DNA of 64,000 bases, from NCBI GenBank assembly GCA_964354755.1, contig CAYHBA010000004.1, forward strand, positions 12,644 through 76,643, in the 5' to 3' direction. The translations under genes were made by a program, and so were the position numbers. The notes under the pieces were generated by a model. The model saw only the letters and a list, made by a program, of their open reading frames with translations, ran no database searches and was not told where the DNA came from. The DNA comes from an uncultured Thermoplasmata archaeon (GTDB lineage: Archaea; Thermoplasmatota; Thermoplasmata; SG8-5). Positions 19,901-27,502 of this stretch are shown here, piece by piece (the stretch's first letter is position 1; each line of letters starts with the position of its first letter).

Positions 19901-22900
19901 GGGCCAAGCTCGAAACCTGGCCCGGAAGGGTCACTGTTTCGGCTGACCAGACTAAAGTTTACTCCAGTACTTTTAGCTATTATAATGCCACAACAGGCGG
20001 TTACACGGATTCTTTATTGAATTGTTTCCAGAGTTTCACCGGCAAGAAGATCCAATCGATAATTCTCGAAGGCAAGATGGGCCGTCAGGCACTGGCGACG
20101 ATACCCAACAGCAATAAAATAGTGGCAATTACATCTCACAATCTCTACGTAATAAATACCGACACCCAGGCAATGGAAGACTACATTGTATTACCCTCAG
20201 TATACAATACATTGGAGCTCGGTGTAGCTGTTTCGCCCGACGGCCTTACTGCATACTGCACCCCGAACACCGGAACCCTGGAATATGTTCAGATGGTGGA
20301 TTTATCGACAATGACATTATCCGGCCAGATATCCACTCCAGGTAAGATTCCATACGATGTTGAAATCTCGAATGACGGTGCGACAGGTGTTATTGGCTAT
20401 ACCACTAATACAATGGACGTTTTTGACACCTCGACCGATACAATATTCGACACAATCAATCTCCCCTCCTGGGCCGCTTGGATAAGCCTTACTCCCGATG
20501 CCACAAAGGCTTTTTACACGACTTATCAATGGTATGCTGGATTTGGTACAGCTAACCTGACCACGCATGCAACCCACAATGTAATGGACGATCCCGAATC
20601 CACAACAATTGGGGTCAAAATCTCCAATGATTACAGGTCATATGTCGTTGATTGGTACAGGGGGAAGATATTGATTTACGATGCCAGGACCGAGTTGAAA
20701 ATCGACGAATTCGATGTGATGGACGGCATAAGCCTGTACCCATCCGGCATAGACATTGTGGATATGGTTGGTGCTCCATCATTATCGGCGAATGTGGTCA
20801 TGGGAGGGAACATCAGTTTATCCTGGTCGGCCCCATCAAGCCCCGGCACCCCAATATCCTATTATAAAATCTATCGCGGCACTTCATCCGGGCGGGAGGT
20901 GTTCTACAGGAACACAGCCTCTACTGGTTTCCTCGACTACAACATCACTAATGGCCAGTATTTCTATAGGGTTGGCGCTGTGAATGGGGCTGGAGAGGGC
21001 GGCCTTTCAAACGAGGCACAGGCAGTCTCGATGGCCCCAACAGTGACTGTTGACCACCCGACAGCACCCGATACAATAGAATCCGGCAATGTGAACATCT
21101 TCTGGGCAATTACTGACAATGACCCGCTGCCCAATGGCGGGAATGTCGTTAACATATCTTACTCGGACGATTGCGGGGCAAGCTGGATTCCGCTGGCAAC
21201 AAATGCCGGCGCGAACTCGGACCCGTTTACATGGAATGCCGGCTCACTGCCTGACGGAGTGAGTTACATAATAAAAATCACCGCATACGATGCCACCGGG
21301 CAGAAAGGAATAGGCTATTCGGACAACCCCTTTTCACTGGACAATGTTCCTGACGACAGATGGCATTTCCAAACCCAGTTCAGCGGTCCGCTCAAGGATC
21401 TTGACATGAAGCCCGTCGAGCTTAGCCAGCAGGTCATTCCAATTCCTGTGGATGGGGCAGACGAGTACGTAATCGGTAAATGGGAAGGGAGAGCATATCC
21501 TTCGGGAAGGGACATCTCCGGGCAATGGAACTTCAGCGTCTGGGGTTTTGTGTCCATCGAAGGCCTTTGCAGTGCACACCTCAAAGCGAAAATATACACG
21601 TCCAGCAATCCGACGCCACTTTACACGACAGTTTCCGATAATGAGGATATCAATGAATTTTCCTCCGCATATCACGAATATTGCTGGCAGGATTTCGGTG
21701 TATCTGGCATGACAATTCCTGGGGATCATGTCCAGGTCGAACTGGTGTTGGACGCGTCCTTCGGGACACCCACGGATTTCGTTTACAACAACACGGACAG
21801 CGACATTCCCGGCAACGGCACGGTAACCGGAACACATGTGGCCACCCAAGTATCCGATGATGTTTATCAAACAATACAAGAGATACCGGCAGGCAAGACA
21901 ATCTTAATTGCCGAGACCTTTGACGGTTCCTTCCCACCTGCGGGATGGGCCAAATACACAGGCAATCCGGCCACAACATGGCAGACCTCCGGGGGAAGCC
22001 CGAGCGGAGACCCTCCCGACGCATATATATACCGCTGTTCCACGGACGGACTCAGTTCTGTCTGGAGGCTCTATGCAGGACCGATTGACACGAGCCAGGT
22101 GACTTCATTGACGCTAGAATGGGCCTGCAATTTCAACCAATGGAACGGCGCGGGTTGTTTCGGGAAAGTCCAGACAAGCACTGACGGAATAACTTGGCAT
22201 GACACCTCATGGATTAAGCCCACAGATGGCCCCGATGTCATAGGGCCTCAGAGCCTGTTGATTGAAACAGGCGACGAAGGCTCGGGCACGTTCTATTTCA
22301 GTTTGACATTGGAAGGAGAGCCTTACCACATGAACTCCTGGGCGGTGGATGATGTCAATCTTACCGGACTGACCACCTCCATTCTGGACCACAAATGGCC
22401 AGTGATAGTCGAAGGCAGCATGACAGAAGTCCTGTTCGGAATAGAAGCCCATGTCTCATCTGGAGAAGCTGTTTCTGTATATTACTCAGCAACAGGCTCA
22501 GGGCCAGTCGGTGGTGTGGGCTGGTGCCACATGCTCGAAGTGATAAAAACATCAGACGACGACTCGCTCCAGACCTATGTGTTGCCAGTTAGCACTTCCG
22601 GTACGATATGCATCGGCGCCAAGGACATCGACCGTGCAGCCGGCGACATCACCCTGGACACATTCTATATCGACAGGATGTTCGTCAGGTCTGAATTCGC
22701 CAGCCCAATTTTTAATTTCGGATACGACTCCAGCCAGACACAATCCTATGTCGAACCGCCTGCATCGCAATCAATCTTCAGCATTCCGGTGCTGCCCGGC
22801 TGGAATCTAATCTCGTTCCCGATTCAGGCATCGGGCTCACCGCTGGACGTACTGAACGATATGGGCGGCGACACAATCTGGGACATTGTCAAACGGTTCG

Positions 22901-23283
22901 ACCCGCTAAGCCCCGCAGACCCATGGAAGACTTATCGCGTCGGTTCTACAGTTAATGACCTATTGAACATCGACAACACCATGGGTCTCTGGGTACACAT
23001 CACCAATGCCGGAACCGACAGCCTTCTGACTGTGCCGGGTGCAGAGCCAGGCATTACGGTCATCAGCCTTCGCACAGGCTGGAACCTTGTCAGTTATGCA
23101 TCATTGACCCCGAGAACCGCAAACGTCGCCCTTTCAGGCACATCCACGGATATGATAGCCTATTATCAAGCAGCCTCGCCCTACATCACGGACACTGCAG
23201 ACCTGGAGACCGTGACCATGGAGGCCGGAAAGGCGTACTGGGTGCATGTGACGGCTGATTGTTTGTGGATTGTAAACCCGTAA
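16984..23283 (+). CDS. Giant secreted zinc metallopeptidase (HExxH) with CarboxypepD_reg-like, PPC-like, IPT/TIG, P-domain-like, beta-propeller, FN3, MAM-like and shared C-terminal domains
   Basis: The ORF is open from 16960. ATG 16984 has AAGGAG 7 nt upstream and a TTAAAATA box at 16941-16948. Motifs seen: VVYHEMGHYLAG (HExxH); YENDDTYLQAQ...DQDW (pre-peptidase C-terminal-like); VSIVPNTGPVPGGTTVCITGENF (IPT/TIG); GEHTQGEWTLRLTS (P-domain-like); LYVINTDT/AVSPDGLTAY (YVTN-type propeller). Confidence 0.85.
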   Translation: MKIFTLQAFVWILILNLMISGIIFNFGDSQAGSADLETKSQDESLADADPCPTAASESPAVPQLRHIGTYPIASPDANLDNPNDPYYTESLYFINNQASGAPEESPPLKTENTQSRLAGPPATSDTGSVGYEPRAIYSVQGIFRYQDREQDETGFTGVNPLLPIRFADVEVYDVNTQQVLASGHTDFNGYFSIMVNDAVIRDIAIRAITTSNDHPGLTNHSVTLTPGDGGAPYTISTPTYFNHPLTDIDFTGTPVNAMAGGAGNAFHLFDCQENVERYAENLTSAQPRHNLTIYWRAGASYGKEYDTNGHIYLMGSSADDDSYDDTVVYHEMGHYLAGCYSKDAGYYGAHSLNGNYDIRLSYTEGLGSYFMGAVRDYLGVVQPLIYIETNGVSLNWYGYSISYDTDTPSGYSNQPRPYSMCTAENEATVGHALFDIVDSSASDDGTPGVDDDLFDLSGLQGDQLVWDVLVSIDENATSFTKKITMETFIDTFRTMYPVYNAQLTQVLADSGIEYLDDAYENDDTYLQAQPKLIGSEYHHTYFGAGDQDWSSYGLTVGTDYVFKTIDLYDWADTKLELYDTDGISLLDSNDNRDDGTKESLIRFLAPANGQYYIKSTRTPETPMPTGEYGKYNLTSYIVFNPVVVSIVPNTGPVPGGTTVCITGENFTASGSILFGVYEATGAILAGNVYTVTTPANVPGPVDVVVNNPPTQDGIIPSGKMVNGFTYTGTPLAPIVREVSPPFGSSITTNDVTVEGDYFMSGASLYFDDLVIITPSVINPKMITATLQILPADMYDVNVTNPDMQYDVLANSYESTLQMFNSTTVIFDYYSPLTTTIFVPDDFIISDLYVFVNVSYPGDEPVVELESPIGTTAKVFDEIQVVEDDENWRTQMSSWFGYAEAPSEGLYQYKGEHTQGEWTLRLTSPTSWDSTLHSWGICFLQYSHRNISRILYTPCEYRNYLLAVDGTTGEHLYRAKLETWPGRVTVSADQTKVYSSTFSYYNATTGGYTDSLLNCFQSFTGKKIQSIILEGKMGRQALATIPNSNKIVAITSHNLYVINTDTQAMEDYIVLPSVYNTLELGVAVSPDGLTAYCTPNTGTLEYVQMVDLSTMTLSGQISTPGKIPYDVEISNDGATGVIGYTTNTMDVFDTSTDTIFDTINLPSWAAWISLTPDATKAFYTTYQWYAGFGTANLTTHATHNVMDDPESTTIGVKISNDYRSYVVDWYRGKILIYDARTELKIDEFDVMDGISLYPSGIDIVDMVGAPSLSANVVMGGNISLSWSAPSSPGTPISYYKIYRGTSSGREVFYRNTASTGFLDYNITNGQYFYRVGAVNGAGEGGLSNEAQAVSMAPTVTVDHPTAPDTIESGNVNIFWAITDNDPLPNGGNVVNISYSDDCGASWIPLATNAGANSDPFTWNAGSLPDGVSYIIKITAYDATGQKGIGYSDNPFSLDNVPDDRWHFQTQFSGPLKDLDMKPVELSQQVIPIPVDGADEYVIGKWEGRAYPSGRDISGQWNFSVWGFVSIEGLCSAHLKAKIYTSSNPTPLYTTVSDNEDINEFSSAYHEYCWQDFGVSGMTIPGDHVQVELVLDASFGTPTDFVYNNTDSDIPGNGTVTGTHVATQVSDDVYQTIQEIPAGKTILIAETFDGSFPPAGWAKYTGNPATTWQTSGGSPSGDPPDAYIYRCSTDGLSSVWRLYAGPIDTSQVTSLTLEWACNFNQWNGAGCFGKVQTSTDGITWHDTSWIKPTDGPDVIGPQSLLIETGDEGSGTFYFSLTLEGEPYHMNSWAVDDVNLTGLTTSILDHKWPVIVEGSMTEVLFGIEAHVSSGEAVSVYYSATGSGPVGGVGWCHMLEVIKTSDDDSLQTYVLPVSTSGTICIGAKDIDRAAGDITLDTFYIDRMFVRSEFASPIFNFGYDSSQTQSYVEPPASQSIFSIPVLPGWNLISFPIQASGSPLDVLNDMGGDTIWDIVKRFDPLSPADPWKTYRVGSTVNDLLNIDNTMGLWVHITNAGTDSLLTVPGAEPGITVISLRTGWNLVSYASLTPRTANVALSGTSTDMIAYYQAASPYITDTADLETVTMEAGKAYWVHVTADCLWIVNP
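22777..23280 (+). other. Shared CTD, copy 6 (divergent), 168 aa
   Basis: FSIPVLPGWNLISFP...[15 protein letters not shown]...TGWNLVSYA...[17 protein letters not shown]-stop. Confidence 0.8.
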
Positions 23284-23486
23284 TTCACAACCAAAGATAG
23301 CAATAACTGGCGCTTCAGCGAGCGCCAGCGTTACGGAGGACGAGCATGTGCACCGGAGGTTTTTCATTTACTGAATAATTCTTTTTGCCGAAGGTGCGCC
23401 CCGCAGGCGAATAGGTCGCCGAGGCAAAGACGAATCCGCAGATTCGTCTGAGAGCGCAGTCCGAAGTTCAAAAAGAAATACTCGCG
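23284..23486 (+). repeat. Structured post-stop repeat element, copy B
   Basis: Starts right after the stop of the metallopeptidase gene. About 98% identical to copy A. Confidence 0.8.
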
Positions 23487-23488
23487 TA

Positions 23489-23536
23489 CTTTGGGTGCAT
23501 GTGACATCAGACTGTATTTGGACAATTACTCCATAA
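23489..23536 (+). pseudogene. Orphan copy of a CTD gene 3' end (LWVHVTSDCIWTITP-stop) downstream of element B
   Basis: Same architecture as at element A. The distal part differs from orphan A, so each locus keeps its own remnant. Confidence 0.6.
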
Positions 23537-23634
23537 ACCGCTCAGTGATAATTCATGAAAAATTACTGGCGTTGAAGCGAACACTAGAGTTATGGATTTC
23601 CGAGCAGGCGAGGGCGGTTTCTCCGAGGCGCGCC

Positions 23635-24258
23635 TCATTTTTCGTAATTGACTAATGCCTTTTCATATGCCAATTGCACTCTTTCGTTGAAGCAAACAAT
23701 GACCACCAACTCCAATGGCACATCCGAATCGATGAAACGGCCAATCTCAGTTATAGCAATCTTCGCAGCCCTCTCCAACGGAAATCCGTACGCCCCGGTG
23801 CTTATGGAGGGGAATGCGACCTCATGGATGCCGTTCTCGACAGCCAGCTTCAACGAATTTCGATAACAGCTCGCCAGGAGTTCGTCCTCGCCATGCCCGC
23901 CCCCTTTCCAGACAGGCCCCACAGTGTGTATGACCCACTTGGCCGGAAGGTTGTGTCCCTTGGTAATCTTCGCTTCCCCAGTATCGCAACGAATGACATC
24001 ACCAAACGCTACAGAGTCATTCGTCTCACTCGCATTGATGAATGGAGAATGTTCCTGAGCTACAATGCTCGTGCAGCCCCCGAGTTTCCGGCATTCCTCC
24101 AGCAATCCCGGGCCCGCCGCCCTGTGGATGGCCCCGTCCACCCCGCCCCCGCCCAGCAGGGAATTGTTTGCCGCATTGACAATGGCCTCTATCTCAAGCT
24201 TGGCGATGTCTCCCTTTATAATCTCTATTCTTGCAGGCATGTCCTCGCCGCATGACAA
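23635..24258 (-). CDS. Macro domain protein (ADP-ribose / O-acetyl-ADP-ribose hydrolase-like)
   Basis: Motifs [36 protein letters not shown] and [14 protein letters not shown]. An extra segment of about 28 aa sits between GGC and DTGEAKIT. Confidence 0.85.
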   Translation of the reverse strand: MSCGEDMPARIEIIKGDIAKLEIEAIVNAANNSLLGGGGVDGAIHRAAGPGLLEECRKLGGCTSIVAQEHSPFINASETNDSVAFGDVIRCDTGEAKITKGHNLPAKWVIHTVGPVWKGGGHGEDELLASCYRNSLKLAVENGIHEVAFPSISTGAYGFPLERAAKIAITEIGRFIDSDVPLELVVIVCFNERVQLAYEKALVNYEK

Positions 24259-24320
24259 TCATCGCCCGCCGATAAAACCCTTTTTATGGCAGTGTTGCAT
24301 CTCTTCTCACGGGAAGAGTC

Positions 24321-26027
24321 ATGGGCACATGGGCATTTCTGCTTGCCATCATAGTGTTCACATTGCTCGGCTGCGTCGCCGGCATAGTCACGGGATTAAT
24401 CCCAGGCATACATGTCAACAATGTTGCCGCCCTGACCCTGGCCTCCCAGTCCCTGCTTCTGTCACTTGCCATGTCAGCGTTCGGATGGGCTCAGCCATCC
24501 GCCTCCCAGCTCATAATCATAGTCTGCTCGCTGGTGATTGGGAATGCCATATCCCACACATTCATGGACTTCATCCCCTCGGTGTTCCTAGGTGCTCCTG
24601 ACAGCGAAACGGCGCTTACGCTTCTTCCCGGCCACAGGATGATGCTGGCCGGGAGAGGGTACGAAGCCGTGAAATGCTCGGTGATAGGCAGCTTCGGGGC
24701 CGTCATCGGAGCCCTCGTCCTGCTGGTGCCCATCCGCCTGGTGATAGGCTCCCCGATCAATGCATACGATGCCCTGGCCAAGTGGATGCACCTTCTGCTC
24801 ATATGCGTGAGCGTGTTCCTGATATTGACTGAAACGGCCAGACCGGGAGATGCTTCCATCGGAAAATGGAAAATGCATGTGCGCGGCCATGTGCTGCTGG
24901 GACCCTTATCTCCGGACGCGGTGAGGCATGAAGGCCAGACAGTGATGTCCGCGAAAGGCCTCAATGTGAATGTTCAAGGCCAAGTGGTCTTCGAAGCCAA
25001 TGTTGCTAACTGTTTCTCAGACGCAGGCGAAGAATACCTGCTCCTTGAAACCGGGGCCGAACCTGTTGTGCTGGAACTGGCAGACAAACCGAATATCGGG
25101 CCTCGCAGGGGCGAGCGCGTCGTGGCAGTCGGCTATGTCAACCGAACCGTTACATGGAAGGACCATGCCGTAAAAAGGGCGCTGGCTGCGGGCGTGTTCA
25201 TGTTGGCCGGAATGCTGGGCATAGCCCTTCTTTACATGCCAGGAACCGCCTCCAGAAACATCTTCCTGGTCAGCATACCATCCGTCGAGCAAAGCACCGT
25301 GCTGATGTTTCCGCTGTTCACGGGCCTGTTCGGGGTTTCCACCCTCCTCCTCAGCGTCAGGGACTCCCCCCGGATACCGGAACAGAAGGTCGAAAAGGTG
25401 AGGGTGAAGATCGGCAAGCTGAGGCAGCTCAGGTCCATAGCATCAGGATGCGCTGCCAGCCTGGCATCCTGGTTTCCCGGCATCTCTTCGGCCATATCGA
25501 CCCTGATATCCGTGTTCCTGACGCGCTCGTCGGACAGGGGCATGGAAAAAGAGGGCACTGATTCAGAGACCCAGGAATTCATAATATCGGTTTCGGCGGT
25601 CAACACATCAGTGGCGCTGTTCAACCTTGTCGCGCTGTTCGTCATACTGAAGTCAAGGAGCGGCGCGATGAAGGCCGTTGAAGGCCTGATTTCGAACGAC
25701 CTGGTGGCCTGGGACCCGTTCGGCAACGTGCCAATGGCAATGGCCGCGCTCCTGGTTTCAGCGCTGGTGGCCGGTATCGTGTCTGTTCCGCTTACTTTGT
25801 TCTTCGGAAAGCTGTTCGCCAGGAAATGCTCGAGAGTGAACTACCCCCTCCTTGTGAAATCAGTCATCATCTTCCTGGCCGTGATGGTGGCGATATTCTC
25901 TGGTCTGCTGGGAATCGTGATACTGGCCGTGAGCACATGTGTCGGCATGATACCGCCCCTCATCGGCGTGAAGAGGGTGCATCTGATGGGCTGCCTAATC
26001 GTCCCGGTGATTCTCTTTTTCCTGTGA
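24321..26027 (+). CDS. TctA/DUF112-family polytopic membrane protein with inserted soluble segment
   Basis: 568-aa ORF with many hydrophobic helices. The N-terminus (GIVTGLIPGIHVNNVAALTLA) resembles archaeal COG1784/TctA-like proteins. The central ~120 aa are non-hydrophobic. Confidence 0.6.
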   Translation: MGTWAFLLAIIVFTLLGCVAGIVTGLIPGIHVNNVAALTLASQSLLLSLAMSAFGWAQPSASQLIIIVCSLVIGNAISHTFMDFIPSVFLGAPDSETALTLLPGHRMMLAGRGYEAVKCSVIGSFGAVIGALVLLVPIRLVIGSPINAYDALAKWMHLLLICVSVFLILTETARPGDASIGKWKMHVRGHVLLGPLSPDAVRHEGQTVMSAKGLNVNVQGQVVFEANVANCFSDAGEEYLLLETGAEPVVLELADKPNIGPRRGERVVAVGYVNRTVTWKDHAVKRALAAGVFMLAGMLGIALLYMPGTASRNIFLVSIPSVEQSTVLMFPLFTGLFGVSTLLLSVRDSPRIPEQKVEKVRVKIGKLRQLRSIASGCAASLASWFPGISSAISTLISVFLTRSSDRGMEKEGTDSETQEFIISVSAVNTSVALFNLVALFVILKSRSGAMKAVEGLISNDLVAWDPFGNVPMAMAALLVSALVAGIVSVPLTLFFGKLFARKCSRVNYPLLVKSVIIFLAVMVAIFSGLLGIVILAVSTCVGMIPPLIGVKRVHLMGCLIVPVILFFL

Positions 26028-26029
26028 CA

Positions 26030-27403
26030 TCATTCTCCGGGCGGCGCGGATTTTCTTCGGAAAGCCATGAACCCTGTTGCGGCGGCGGTTGCGAAAAAAA
26101 TCAGCATGACTGTCATCCACGAGCAATCCGGCAAATTCCCCGAGTCATCCTCTTCCGATGTCGGGCCGTCCTCGGACACTTGAACAAGCATTGTCTCCGT
26201 GTCCGAGTTTCCGGCCGCATCTCTGACAGTCAGGGTAACGGTGTAGTTACCCAGTGTCCAGAACCTGAAATGTAGCGTGGCCCCGTAAAGGGCCGCGGCA
26301 GTCCCGTTGTAAGTGAATGTCCAGGTATAGTTTGTCACTCCGACATTGTCCGAGGATGTGATGCCCGTGAACGCGGCCTGCGTGCCCAAGGCCACATGCT
26401 GGTCCTGGCCTAACCTGGCCACAGGAGCCGTCGTATCCGGTCCCACAGGCGCGCCGCCTGTCTGGTCCCATCCGGCCAAGGCTGCCCACAGCCACCAGGC
26501 AGCGTATGCCTTCCGGTTGCCGTTCAGAGGCTGGGTGTGCGCGGCCGAGCAGTCATACCAATCGACATCCTGGGCATGCGAACCCTGCCATTCCGTAGCC
26601 CAGTTGCCGTCCAGGGAACCGTCCCCGTCCGTGTCATAGTCACATGCGTCGTTGGGCGTTTTGTCTCCGAAGTAAGTTCCGTCTGGGTCGTACATCTCGA
26701 TATCGTTGAAATCGTAAAGCACCTTGTCGTTCGCGCTGCAGTAGGCCCTTATCTGCTCGTTCCGAAGATGAAGGTTGCCAGTGAGCCCGGAACCGTCCAG
26801 GTGGCCGGTCATGTACACGAACCTGACTGCCGGGTAATCCGATTCCAATCCGTCCATGAGATTGGTGTATGCGCTGATGTCAGCCTCGGAGGCCGAGCTC
26901 ACCTGGCCGCACCAGGACCATATGACAACGTTCAGGTCTGTGTGGCTGTCCAGGTATGTCCTTGTAGCTGCCTCCCAAGCCGTAAAGTCCGGGTTGCCCA
27001 GGTCGCTGGCCCCCGAGAAGCAGCTGTCTCTCAGGTCGAGGGCTCCGCCTGTTCCGCCGTTGTTGTATTCGTACAGGCCGCTTGGATAGCCTAGGCCGTC
27101 CATGAACCCGACCAGCCCGTCCATTCCTGTGGTAAGCTGGCTGCCATGCGACGTGTGGCCGTAGCCTATGCGGAGTTCAGCTTTTGCCTCCAGGATGGCA
27201 GACTCGGGTATGGCAGTTATGTCCGTGCATGTGTGGTCTATGATGTTCCATTCCTGGGCGCTCCTGACCTGGAAATCGCGAGCGCAGTCCTTGGCACGCC
27301 CTGCTTTTCCCAGGGACTCAGAGCAAAAACCCGCAATCATGGGGCATAGGAGCAAACCTGCCAACATTGCGCACAGTAATTTATTCAAGCTTCCGAACGA
27401 CAT
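26030..27403 (-). CDS. Secreted, C-terminally membrane-anchored protein with PKD domain; N-terminal domain of unknown function
   Basis: Start chosen at MSFGSLNKLLCAMLAGLLLCPMIAGF (signal peptide). The longer ORF reaching 28018 overlaps the divergent gene. PKD-like SSDNVGVTNYTWTF...YTVTLTVRDAAGNS. DxDxDG-like DYDTDGDGSLDG. C-terminal TM WMTVMLIFFATAAATGFMAF followed by RRK. Confidence 0.7.
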   Translation of the reverse strand: MSFGSLNKLLCAMLAGLLLCPMIAGFCSESLGKAGRAKDCARDFQVRSAQEWNIIDHTCTDITAIPESAILEAKAELRIGYGHTSHGSQLTTGMDGLVGFMDGLGYPSGLYEYNNGGTGGALDLRDSCFSGASDLGNPDFTAWEAATRTYLDSHTDLNVVIWSWCGQVSSASEADISAYTNLMDGLESDYPAVRFVYMTGHLDGSGLTGNLHLRNEQIRAYCSANDKVLYDFNDIEMYDPDGTYFGDKTPNDACDYDTDGDGSLDGNWATEWQGSHAQDVDWYDCSAAHTQPLNGNRKAYAAWWLWAALAGWDQTGGAPVGPDTTAPVARLGQDQHVALGTQAAFTGITSSDNVGVTNYTWTFTYNGTAAALYGATLHFRFWTLGNYTVTLTVRDAAGNSDTETMLVQVSEDGPTSEEDDSGNLPDCSWMTVMLIFFATAAATGFMAFRRKSAPPGE

Positions 27404-27474
27404 GCTGTTCACCACTTTCCTGAACAATGGTCTTAGTAGAATATAATCATTTGCTTGGCAAGGAAATGCGAGGG

Positions 27475-27483
27475 TTAAAATAT
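27475..27483 (+). promoter_or_regulatory. TATA-box-like element upstream of LTD-PLD gene (near-leaderless spacing)
   Basis: TTAAAATAT 20-28 nt upstream of ATG 27503. Confidence 0.35.
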
Positions 27484-27502
27484 CGCCCGGCAATGTCATG
27501 TC

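Noticed and set aside
13464-23486. CRISPR array
   Set aside because: Only two copies of a 203-bp repeat, 9.8 kb apart, plus one distant short variant. There are no short regularly spaced repeats anywhere in the window.
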